Assembly: GCF_000143415.4 (NCBI RefSeq)
Contig: NW_003314334.1
Span: 906,822 to 970,821, forward strand
Direction of reading: 5' to 3'
DNA: 64,000 nt
Source: Selaginella moellendorffii
Taxonomy: Eukaryota > Plantae > Lycopodiophyta
The translations under genes were made by a program, and so were the position numbers. Shown piece by piece: positions 12,601-23,643 of this stretch; position 1 is the stretch's first letter, and every line of letters begins with the position of its first letter. The notes beneath the pieces were generated by a model. The model was given only the letters and a program-made list of their open reading frames with translations. It did no database searches and was not told the DNA's origin.

Positions 12601-15600
12601 TCTTGAACTTCTTGAATTCTATTTCCAGATGCAGAAGTTTCCGTAGAGCCTTCCAAGCAGCTGGTAGAAGAGCAGTTTGGACCCTCTGCAAAAAGAAATG
12701 TCTAAACGTTAGAAACCATCAAACTAGAAGATAAACACCACCTGGTTCTCACAAAATAGAAGATTATGAAGAAGCTCACGAGTAATGGGACGTTGAGCGA
12801 ATGCTGGAGGTTCAGGCCTCCAAGTGATCAAGGCGTAACTAAGGCAGCTCGTAAGACATTTCCTGGAAGCATATCTTGACCAAAGGTCTATTGTACGAGA
12901 AATGAGTTGCCATCTTGCCGAAGGCATGCTTTCCTCCGTTAGCATCACCACAACTCCATTCCAAGACGTGATCACCGTCTCACCAATCTCCTTGAGTGAG
13001 CACGAGGTGCCACCATCAAGGAGTAAAACGACCAAGTCTTTCGCTTCGGCCTTGAAATCCAGTAGCAACTGACGGACATCACCTTCTGACGATGACTTTC
13101 CGTTCTGATAATCCACACTGTCGAGCGAGTGCAAAACTGGATCTTCAACAGAAGAGGAGGTAAGTTTCGCTTCGAAATACTCAACGGACTGGATATACCT
13201 TTGCAAGTCACTCAGGCGCTGAATTGCAAGGAGATCCATCAAATAGTATAACGATGGAAATGACGTCTTCTGCGTCACTAGAAGAAGTCCGTTGATAAGA
13301 GCGGTAACGCTAGTTGCCTGTCCAATCCACGAGAAAGTGGACAAGTCCTGCGGTTCCAAAGCTATCTCCATCCAGTCGATTTCTAACGAGTCCAAGTGTA
13401 GCTCGTGCGCTGCTTCAGCCGCTTTCCCGGCCTTGAGAGGGGCCATAAGTGAGATACACTGTCGGTGCAGCATCCGGCATATTAAGTATAGCCGAAGAAG
13501 AAAGAAAGCCTTCAACCCTGCCCATTCTGCAAGTTTCTTCACTTTTCCTTTCGAGATCTTGACCAGAAGATCGGAAAGTGGCACTGCTACAACTGAGGTG
13601 ACAAGATGCCTCACGTTGACCCCTACTTGGTAAGCATTTGTTGATGTAACGTTGAGATTTTCCAAAATCTGTGCATGAAGTTCCCCTGAGGCCATCACCA
13701 CTGCTTCGACAACCACGTCGGTACTGTTGATCATTCGAAGCGTTTCCAAAGCGTCCCTTGACACCATGTTCACGACTTCAGGAGCTTGAGCTTCGGGCAT
13801 GTTCTCGATCATCTTCCGTAGTGCATTTAGAAGTAAAGGATCGCAAAAGAAGCTTTTAAGACCCTGCGCGAACAAAGAGGGCGACAGAAACTGCAAGCCT
13901 TCGTCTGGTCCCAGTGATTTCACGGAAGAAAAGAGCACCGGTAAAGCACCTGAAATTCAAGAGCTAGTTAAGAAGCAGTTTTGAATTTGTCCGAAAGACT
14001 CACCGAGATCTCGAAGCTCACTCGAAATTCTCAGCATTTGGCATCCAACCGCGATCACGTCTGCAACTTCGCTAGTTTCTATAACCGTTGCTGACAGTAG
14101 AATGCGCCAGAAGTCCTCCACGCCACCTTCAGCCGCTCGATGATCTATATCCAAGACAACGCCTATGCCACGAACTATTTCCCCGTAGCCAGCTGCTATC
14201 AATCCCGTCATCCCGCTATCGTTTACAGCTGAAAGTGACTTTGCGTAATCCACAAGCACCCCGTAGTATCGCTTGATAAACTTAAAGTGGCCATTTGTCG
14301 GCGTGTCTCTCGTTGGAACATACACAACCTGTTCCTTCACAACGCGAAACAAGCTACTTGTCGCAGACACCAAACTTGTCTTCCCGGAAACCTCTTTCTC
14401 GTCGATAAGTTGCTGGATCAGAGGCAGCGAAAGCTCTACAAAGACCAGAAACTGCAGCTGGTTGTCAGTGAGACGCACACTCTTGGACTCGCCGTCTTCA
14501 CCACCCTGTTGATTTTCCTTTTCCTCAGATCCTTCTTGCTGTCCCACCCCTCGTACCCCGAATACATCCGACTTGATGGATGCCCTGTGACCCTTAAAGC
14601 TTTGTGCGAACAGCCTCAGCAATTCCCCGAGCGATGCCAGCGCTGTGAAAGACCTTTCCTGTCCCAGCTCTTTCAGTTTCTCGAACAGAAGCTTGTGACT
14701 GGTTGTGGTTTCCATTTCCTGCGCGCTGGAATCGTTGAGCCACTTAGCAGCAGCAGTGGATGCCTCTGGGAACCCCTCTATAGGAACTGTGTGAAAAAGC
14801 CCGTAGTCCAAAACTCTGGCTATCGCCGTGCGTAGCAACTCCACCGCGTCACAGCCTTTTCTCTCGTAGATCAAAACCCCCGTCAACTTAAGCAGCGGAC
14901 ACAAGAGCTTCTCGACTATCGCTTGGAATGCCGCCTTGGGATTCGCCTGAGTCGTGAGAAACTTCCCGAATCCATCTGCTATCAATGCCCCGGTCTCCAG
15001 CATAGATCTTTCGGGTTCGCTACGCAGCAAAGCCTCGAAGAACGACGAAGCAAACAGGGTCCAATCTAGAAGCTGTGGCCGGAAACTCCTGTCATAAGTG
15101 TGTAGCAAGAGCTTCAAAATCTCGATCACCGAAACGACCACCACCTCGAGCTCTTCACTCTCATTGCCATCCAGAAGAAGTTCTCCCTCTCTTCTCCTCA
15201 TACCCTTCGTTGTGAGAACTAAATCTATTCCCTTGAGAATACCTGGATAGACGTGAAGGTTTCCCTGGCTCGACAAGCACCAGTGCAAGATAGCCCAGGA
15301 ACGAGCGTCGGTAGTCACATTTCCCCCTTTGTCCTTGGATCCTGGCTTCGCACTGGAAATAATCTCTGATTGAATCCATCCCGCCAGGAACGACACAAAC
15401 TGCGGCATCGGCACTCCTCTCGAGAGCGATCCCTTCTTCTGGCATTCCACGAACTGGAATGCCTGATCAAGCTTGCTGCAAAGGAGACACGATCGTGAGC
15501 AAGAACACGGAGAAAATCGAGAGCACGCAGAGAGACCTGGAATTTGGCGCGCTGGACAGCCGCAGCAATCGCATGAGCTCCACATTGGAAACCTCCAAAT

Positions 15601-15673
15601 CCTGGCCCTGAAGCTTGGGCTTCTTCACGGCGCCGGCGCCGCTCGTCGACGCCGACGACGTCCTCTTCCCCAT
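9653..15673 (-). CDS. URB2: Nucleolar pre-ribosomal protein URB2/Npa2, multi-exon
   Basis: Large exons match track ORFs 13957-15585, 12724-13938 and 10593-12530. C-terminus LRPGVYALL...LQQLHAALG|EGPLRSNLAMIRKDYEKNFKYTGKI* matches the Urb2 domain. Telo-box-like AACCCTAA at 15681-15688. Confidence 0.85.
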
Positions 15674-17100
15674 CACGAAGAACCCTAAACCTTACCAAAC
15701 AAACTAAATTCCCATTTCGAATCCATAACATTGACTAAATAATATCTATCATAGCAAAAATTATGTTTACTACTAATATCTTCCAAGCTTGAGCATTGCT
15801 GGTTCTCTCACAAACAAAAGTTGGCGATGATATATACTTTGTAGATATGAACGTGGAAACAAAGGCTGTTCCGAAATCGATATCATACGAAAACAATGAG
15901 CATGAAATATACTAAGCTGTTTCAAAAGACACATCCATCCACGAAAGTGGTCGCAAAGTTATTTAGAATCTAAAGCTTTAAGAAGTAATGAACAAAACTT
16001 TCTACGGATCAACCAATCCCATGTTTCTCTTTTTCCTAGGCAAGACCACTCTCGTTTTTGTGAAAGATGGGCCGCCTTGTCCTAGATCGCTGCTGCTTGC
16101 ATTTGCTTTGCTCCTGCAGCAGTCGTCGGTCTTCCTTCTCGCAGCATTTCATTGTTATTGCACAGAATCAGATATTAATTTAAAAAGTCATCTAAAACAA
16201 TGTATTATTATTATTATCGAAATCTCTGAGGCATGACAATTTGGCTACACGGGGCCAGCAGCATGGAGAATCCTCTGCGCCGCCTTGTTGTAGCAGACAT
16301 AGTAAGCCATGGAAGCTATCGCGGTGAGAAAAGCGAAAGCCGCACCGATCCCAAATATCTCTTGCCGGGCAGCCTTACAGTCGTGGAATGAAGTGCGTTT
16401 CACTTTTTTCATCGATAAATTTACTCGCGAAGAACCCACAAGAATGAAGATCTCCGCGAAGAGAAACATCGTCCTGGCAGTGAGAAAACAACGCTTTTAG
16501 GTGAGCTCGAGATCATAAACGAAGAACACTTTTTACCATGAGAAGATACAAAGGATGATAGTGCAAATGTTTGCAACCTTTGCCTTGGGAGGGCACGGGC
16601 AGCACCTACATTTGGTGGAAAGAAGTAAAAAGAGCTGCCCGGCTGCGAGAAAAATCGCGGAGGCGGCTCCAAGAGTCGTGGCCCGGTGAAACTCACAGGT
16701 GAAAGTCTGGGCATTTCCGCTAACTCTTTGAGCAGTGGCCTATATCCATCCAAGAACATAGCAACATTTGCAAGTGATCTTAGAGAATTCTTGGTATAAA
16801 CTCTCCAGAGTTGCAGCTTACGTGAGTGATTCGAAACGCCGCTGCTACTGCGAGTGCGAACGATACAGAGTGCAAGATGAAAGCTAACGAGACGATCTGG
16901 GGGGACTTTCTCATCGCCATAAGCACCAAAAACTTCGAGATCTCGCACCAGAAACTTTGAAATCTCGCGAAAAAATACGAAGACTGGCCTCGCGGTGTGT
17001 TTAAAAGGAGCAAGCCGGGCGGCAGTGGACTCTAAAGGTAAAGTGGCATCCATTATTATGCTTTAACTTCTACGGAGGAGCCGACTCATTGTCCCACAGG
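15561..17100 (+). repeat. Segmental duplication copy A (URB2 5' end, promoter and DUF1218)
   Basis: Colinear with 38730-40229 from cgcagcaatcgcatgagc to gactcattgtcccacagg. Confidence 0.95.
16245..16920 (-). CDS. DUF1218 family 4-TM protein (MODIFYING WALL LIGNIN-like), copy A, 3 exons
   Basis: Spliced product MAMRKSPQIVSLAFILHSVSFALAVAAAFR...TCEF...CRCC...IFSW|TMFLFAE...C...IFGIGAAF...YY. Confidence 0.85.
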
Positions 17101-17172
17101 ATCATACGCATCTTCAATCATATCAATCTAAGTCATAGAGGAAATGACTTAGATTCAAAAGGCTTAAATGGC

Positions 17173-17360
17173 TTATTCAGTGATGGTTGCAAGCGTAGGG
17201 CACAGCACCACCAGATGCAGGTTATGCTCCTTGGCCAGATCCCAAGCTAATTTCTCAAACTCGGTCTTAGCCAGTTGGTAGCATACCAGATTCAAAGTAA
17301 CGAAAACGAAGAAGATAATTGTGTCAACTAGGATTTCACCTTGTTCTCTGGCATATACTG
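17173..17360 (-). pseudogene. Fragment of a cinnamoyl-CoA reductase/DFR-like SDR gene
   Basis: YQLAKTEFEKLAWDLAKEHNLHLVVLCP contains the YxxxK catalytic motif in its typical CCR context. The rest of the gene is absent. Confidence 0.7.
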
Positions 17361-17560
17361 CAAGATATATTGTCAATAAGATGCTTAGCTCAACAATGCA
17401 ATCTCTTGGGCACAAGTGGACTATAAACAAAACTATATATAAGAAAGCTCAAATGAATAACTCCTTATATATCATCCAACTGCATAAAGTTTTTCTGGGA
17501 ATCTTAACTATACATTTTCAAATGTAAACAAAGTTAAGATACATGGCTCTGTCATATGTT

Positions 17561-19509
17561 TCAGCACCAACACTTGTGTATGGTTTGCTGTACTTGTGTT
17601 GACAGTGCCTTTACCGGTAGCTCTGCAAGTCCTAAAAGTGAGGAGGCCATCCGTAGCACTGCAACAAAGTCGAAGCCCACAGCCTCATCGCTGGGATGAG
17701 AAACCACAAACGCGAGCCAAGCCTGCAGCGCTGGGCTCACAATGCCGGAGCTGGCAAGTTCATCATCAACTCTAAAACCTTGGCGCAATTCCCGACACGC
17801 CTGGACTTCTCCTCTCAGGGCGGCCCCTTCCCAAGGCAAACACTCGCCGGCCATGTCCAAACACACGTAGGCAACCGACACTAGCTCCGACATGAGGCCT
17901 GGCATTCTTCCCTCGAGCACCTCCCAAGAACTGTAGAGCAAATTGACTGCTGTTTCGTGCTGCTCTTGCTGCTTCAAATCCACGGCACAGCCAAAATCAT
18001 ACAAGTAGAAACGAGTGCCACCTTCTCGTGTGTGCTGGACACCGATGTTCGAGGGGTTTATATCAGCGTGAGCAATGCCTTGGCTCTGCAAAAGCACCAG
18101 CGATCAGCTCTCGGCACAGATGGCATGGTAAGCTTACATGGAGAACGAGGACGGACTCTGTCAAATCCTTGCACAGCCGCTCTACAACTCGCGCTTCCAG
18201 CGGACGCGTTGTGTAAGTGACTGCAAACGACTCTCCGTCCAGCTCCGTCAGCAGAACAGGCATTTGGTTCCAAAAGCCAGAGAAAACGACGCGCGGGAAC
18301 AAGTCGCTATGCTCGTTGAGACGCTGGAGAATCCTTGCGTCATTCTCTAGCTGAAAGGTTTAGAGTCGTGAATATAAAGACGAAGAGCTCCATGTGTATT
18401 ACCTGATCCCAAAGTCGAGAGTGGAGGCAAAGCTGCGTGATTTGCTTCTTGGTGTCCATCGAGTGGCCGATTTTCATGAGGAGAAGCTGGCCTGTGGCCT
18501 CGTCCATCACTTTAAAGACCGAATTGGATACGCTCGACGTACTAAACTGGTGCAGTACCCGAAGCCGTAGATCGTGCTTGCCGCCGGTGGCTATGGTTAT
18601 AAGCTGGCCGGGTTCGTAAGACATGGGTCGTATGCTCATCACGTTACCCAGCCAAGATAAGAACCCAAGCTCCTGAAAATACTATTAGTGAGATTTATAG
18701 AAGAACACGAACACAAACCAGTAAGGGAGAATCGTTGGCGTCGCCAAAGAGAAAGGGCTTAGATTGTAGGAGCTGGCCATGTCGGACAACCACACAAACA
18801 AAGCGGTCCCTCTGCAGGATCACGGCTGGAAAACTTTCTTTGGTGTTTGAAGTTACGAACTCCAGTTTCCTGCAGAGGAGAGTTGTAAGTTTTGAGTTTT
18901 GTACAAAAGGATTCAAAAGGATACAAACCCAGCAGAGATTTCATCCCTGTGATCGAACAGCCTCACACCAAAGCAAGCCTCGAAGTCTCCAACCAGCTCC
19001 TGAAACTGACCCTGATCGCTGCAGGTGTGAATGCGTGTAATCGCGGACACCATGGCCCTGCACTGCTCGTCCAGAGTGCTGGACTTGTTAGTAAACCGCA
19101 GGAACGCCGTGGCGGAAACGTGATCCAAGTGTAGCAAGCCCTTGAACACGGGAAACATGCTGTGCAGCCGATCAAACTCGAGAATACCACAACTGGTCTT
19201 TTGCCTTTTGTAAGATTCGGGAGCGGCCACGCGGAAATAATACTTGCGACAAGGCTCCAACGCCTGCTGAGCGTTCTGAGCCCGTATTTTCATCCAGTGG
19301 TTCTTCCCGGTGAGAAACCAGAAGACACTGCCTGGAGGGAGCCTCTCACCAGCCCGATGCTTGATCCTTTCAACAGCTTCACCCAAAGTGCTGCCCGGCG
19401 CCACCTGAATCGAATCCACGCCTGGGTGAGCAAGTACAGCCTCAGGCGTTGGCGCCAAGCCCGCGCCTGGCTCCCTCTCCACCTTACAGAACACTACATT
19501 ACCCTCCAT
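17561..19509 (-). CDS. 579-aa protein: N-terminal header, central alpha/beta domain and CK1/FunK1-like kinase (Crinkler/RHS-like). Exons 19509-18929, 18869-18719, 18672-18403, 18350-18138, 18085-17561
   Basis: Four GT-AG introns (59, 46, 52, 52 nt) join into one open frame. Kinase motifs LLMKIG, HADINPSNI, YLYDFG and SELVSVAYV...LPW. The kinase call is strong; the family call is inference. Confidence 0.8.
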
Positions 19510-19544
19510 CTATCTCAAAAAAACCCTAGCGCCGGCTCAAAAAG

Positions 19545-20340
19545 ATGGCGCTTTGGTGACGACTCATGCAAGCATCGAACTCTCGCTGCAAATGGATGCT
19601 CTTGACTTGCCTGCTGGTCTCACATACGAGCAGTCGATGATCGATAGGAGCAAGGTCCACATCTCGATCTTCACGAACGGGATCTGGCCCCGAGTTCGAG
19701 GAAGGCGGCTGCTCAAAACCATTGAGAGCGGTGAGACTTACTACTTTCGATTCGACTGCTGCTTCCAGATGAGGAACCCGAGCACAAAGTGATTAAGCAG
19801 TGCTTTACTGAGAGTAGAGCTCTTGCTTCTGGAAGATACCACATTGTCTCTAGCCTGGTGGATGCATTTCCACAGCTCGTTCGGGTTTTTGGCATTCCTG
19901 TGGAGCCGACAGTGTTCGAAAAACTGTGGGTAGCAAAAGGTGACAGCGAGCCAGCAGAGATTTGCGTGAAGCAAGTAGCTCCATGGGAAGAAGCTTCTGG
20001 ACACAATTCTAGTCCCAGGATGCGACGCAACGAGGGTGCAGGTCGAGATTAACAAGACGTTTCTTCACGACGAGAAGATTGACGTTCAAGCTTCGATGCT
20101 CGAGCTGCCTCAGGCATCGTGGAGCTCGTCATGGAATACAAGGGATGTCTGTCCGAGATGGAAAGATCCAAGTGGTTGGGCGGGTGCAAACGTCCCTGGA
20201 ACATCGGCATCTGAGGAAGCTCCTCCTTCCTGGCTCGGTCATGAGTAACCTTTACCTCATTCCCATTCAGGTTGGTACAAACGGGCAAGATGACATTATG
20301 TTCCAAGCTTCAGATGAGACACCCCAAGGTCAAAATTGAT
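19545..20340 (+). pseudogene. Frameshifted paralog sharing the N-terminal header of the adjacent kinase gene
   Basis: MDALDLPAGLTYEQSM aligns with VDSIQVAPGSTLGEAV, and WPRVRGRRLLKTIESGETYYFR with WMKIRAQNAQQALEPCRKYYFR. A TTCGA duplication at 19746-19755 breaks the frame. The 3' end is uncertain. Confidence 0.65.
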
Positions 20341-21323
20341 GCTGAATCGCTAGTTCTCTGACGATGGTTGCAATGTAGACTTGGACAAACGAAGAGTAAT
20401 GAACTGCAAAAGCATTTTTGGTATTGATTCTTCCCAAATCCCGACTGCATACTCCTGCGCTTAGAAAGCTATAGAATGGAACACTTTCTCAGATGACTAC
20501 CATCGATCTCGCTTTACCTCTCCCATTTCTTCGAATCACCGGCACCAGCCAAGGTGAATCGCTCTAAAGTCTGAAGACAAGCGTTTGGCCCTAACTTTTA
20601 CTACACGCATGAAAATATACCACCAAAAGTCAACTTAGATCTAAGATCGCGCCCTCATCATATTTATAGTATAGGTGGTAACAAATTATAACACAAGTAG
20701 GTAATGCATCTTCAATCATATTAATCTATCCGAGTCTTCTGAGTTTTGAACACGCTGCCACTCATCCAAAAGTGCCCGGCCCGCCCAGCGATCTCAGTGC
20801 ACTGCATAAAAAGCTATAGCGATGCTGACTGTGGGAGAGCCGCTATAATCGAATGCAAAGCCCGCATCTGCGCTTAAAAGAGATGTTGAAAATAATCGCA
20901 CGCCATTTGATGCATCTCAGCCAGATCAGTGACAAGTCGACCCGCAGCATCTTTCAACCCGAGAATAGAAACACTTCCCTCTGTTACACCAACCAGCAGC
21001 GTGGGGACTGCAGAACCACTCCCACGGGCACCGGCTGCAAGCTAGTTAACAGGGTGAGCGCACCAACCGGAGCGAACTACTCCCGCGAGCTCTATAGCTG
21101 GCTGCAAGTCGGTGGTCGTGATGGACTGATCGTGGTGAAAGATGATGGTAAGTGGTACGTGGTCGCCAGCAGAGATATAAGGTGTGTTGATGATGATGAT
21201 GTGATGATGATGAGTGATCAAGCCTGCTACGCTGCTTGAGCACAAATACTGTAGTCTCAGCCGCAGGACAAGTGCTAGTCCTTACTTCCACTGGAAATCA
21301 GACATTCGTCTCTTACTTACATG

Positions 21324-21616
21324 GCTGGGAAGCCTAGGAATATGGTGCATGACGTACCTGAGGCACTGGGGTGGATGAGCTTGCATCTTTCTCTTCATTT
21401 TCTGTGATTGAAGTGCTTGCCCCGTTAGGGTTCCTGAGACCTGTAACTTCAAGTCAATTCGGTCAATAAATCTCTACCATTCATCACCAGCAATCAAGTG
21501 CCACACGATCAGCCAACCAAAAGTTACGGGTCTCAGGAACCCTAATGGGGCACGATCACAGAAAATGAAGAGAAAGATGCAAGCTCATCCAGGTACATCA
21601 TGCAAGGCTTCCCGGC
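21324..21616. repeat. Long hairpin (inverted repeat)
   Basis: Perfect 37-bp stem 21372-21408/21555-21591, plus inner and outer imperfect stems and a 71-nt loop. Confidence 0.92.
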
Positions 21617-22204
21617 AACGACACAACTGCCTGGCTCAAGGACCATCCACAAGGCACCCTGACCAAAAGCTGGCGAGGAAGGTGGCTGCCTCCTTCAACC
21701 CCAAGACCGATGGCACCAACGAGATCACCATCAGCCCAGCAAGAATTGCTTCCATTTTCAACATCTCGGCAAGTGCACAGCAGAGGTCTATGGAGCTCTA
21801 CTCGACGTGTGAACGTGGCTCATCATCTCCACGAGCTCCTTCTCAAGCTTCTCGCTGTGCCATCCTCGCTACACTCAACAAGAAAACCATGCGAACAGTA
21901 ATGTTCCCACTGTTGGTAGCTCTACACGAAGCTCTTCCCAACAAGCAACCGTGGACAACCCAAATGAACTACAAAGAACAAAGCGACAGCTCTGAGGATC
22001 AGTCAAGATTAGAAGGAGCAACTCCCAGCAAGAAACCGAAGCCAGCACCTCAACAATCAAGCTCAGCTCACTCCAGCAACACCAGCTCCAGCAACAAACA
22101 CTCCAACAATTCAACTCCACTTCGCTGCTGCCTCACACGCAACACACCAGTGAATCTAGCTTGAAATCTGCTGCTCCAAGAGCAGCTCGTCATCAGCAAT
22201 AATG

Positions 22205-23643
22205 AAGACAACTCACACCAGCATCCACACACCCCAGCATCCGGATCCACTCGAATCAGCCCCAAAACCAACTTCTTCTCATCAACAACTCAACATCTCC
22301 AAAGGAAAACGTCAGCTGCTCGCCTAAGACTTGGTTTCTCCACCAGCTGAGAACGTCATTCTCACCACCCAAACCCCTCTACATGTTCCATGAAAGAAAA
22401 CATTGACTACCTTTGCTAATCACTCGCAGAACACGCAACCATAGCAAATGCTGCGACAAAAATTCCACCCCTTCAACAAAATTTCAAGTGGAAGATTTGG
22501 GCCGTTCAACCCCAGTGGATAGTTCCACATCTGGGCCGTTCATTCAGCATCAATGCGAAATGCTCATCTCCAACCACCTCAAAGAATCCAGACCGACCAC
22601 GCCACCCACATCCAATGAAGCAGATTAAGCCTCTAGCAACTTCAAATCCCGGGACCAAAAACACAGCAAACCCTAGTGAGGAACACCAGGATCATGGAGG
22701 AGGAGCAAGAGCAGCAGCTATGCCTCAGCCACAGAGTCAGGTACGCCGTGATTACGACAAGATCAGGAAGGAGTACAAGGATAAACTCTGCGACTTGAGC
22801 TACTGCACCCGTAAGTTGTTTGAAGCCCTTGATCAACGCATGTACCACGAGCTCCATGACCAAGCGAACCACTTCCCATGCTGTGTATGATATGCTGTGT
22901 ATGATCAAATCTATGGTTGGTATGGTATGATCAGATGTCAGCTGGTGTTGGGAAGTGGTTCGCTTGGTTGTGGAGCTCATGATGCATGTGTTGATCAAGG
23001 GCTTCAAACAACTTGCGAGTGCAGTAGCTCGGGTCACAGAGTTTATCCTCGTACTCCTTCCTGATCTCGTTGTAATCACGGTGTACCTGACTCTGTGGCT
23101 GAGGCATGGCTGCTGCTCTTGCTCCTGCTCCGTAATCCTGGTGTTCCTCGCTAGGGTTCACTGTGTTCTTGGTCTCGGGATTTGAAGTTTGCTGGAGGCT
23201 TAATCTGCTTCATTGGATATGGTGGCATGGTCAGTTCGGATTCTTTGATGTGGTTGGAGATGAGCATTTCAGATTGATGCTGAATGAACGGCCCAGATGT
23301 GGCACTGAAATTAATGTATCCACTGGGGTTGAACAGCCCAAATCTTCCGCTTGAAATTTTGTTGAAGGGGCAGAATTTTTGCTAATGCTTGTCGCGGCAT
23401 TTGCTGAAGGAGGCATGGTTGCGTGTTCTACGAGTGATTGGTGAAGGTAGTTGATTTTTTCTTTCATGGAGCGTGTCAAGGGGGTCGGGGCGGTGAGAAT
23501 GACATTCTCAGCTGGTGGAGAAACCGAGTCCTGGGCGAGCAGCTGATGTTTTCCTTTGGAGATGTTGAGTTGGTGGTGAGAAGAAGTCGCTGATTTGAGT
23601 GGATCCAGGTGCTGGGGTGAGTGTGGAAGCTGTGAGTTGTCTT
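22205..23643. repeat. ~680-bp-arm inverted repeat of the Ty3/gypsy 3' region
   Basis: 22205-22878 is the diverged reverse complement of 22949-23643, with a 70-nt spacer. ORFs 22615+ and 22931- encode near-identical peptides. Confidence 0.93.

Noticed and set aside
17100-17160. Helitron terminus at the duplication breakpoint (A|TC plus hairpin)
   Set aside because: Copy B lacks an AT target at this point, the hairpin is AT-rich, and no matching CTRR end was found.
20853-21239. 128-aa ORF
   Set aside because: No recognisable motif or splice structure.
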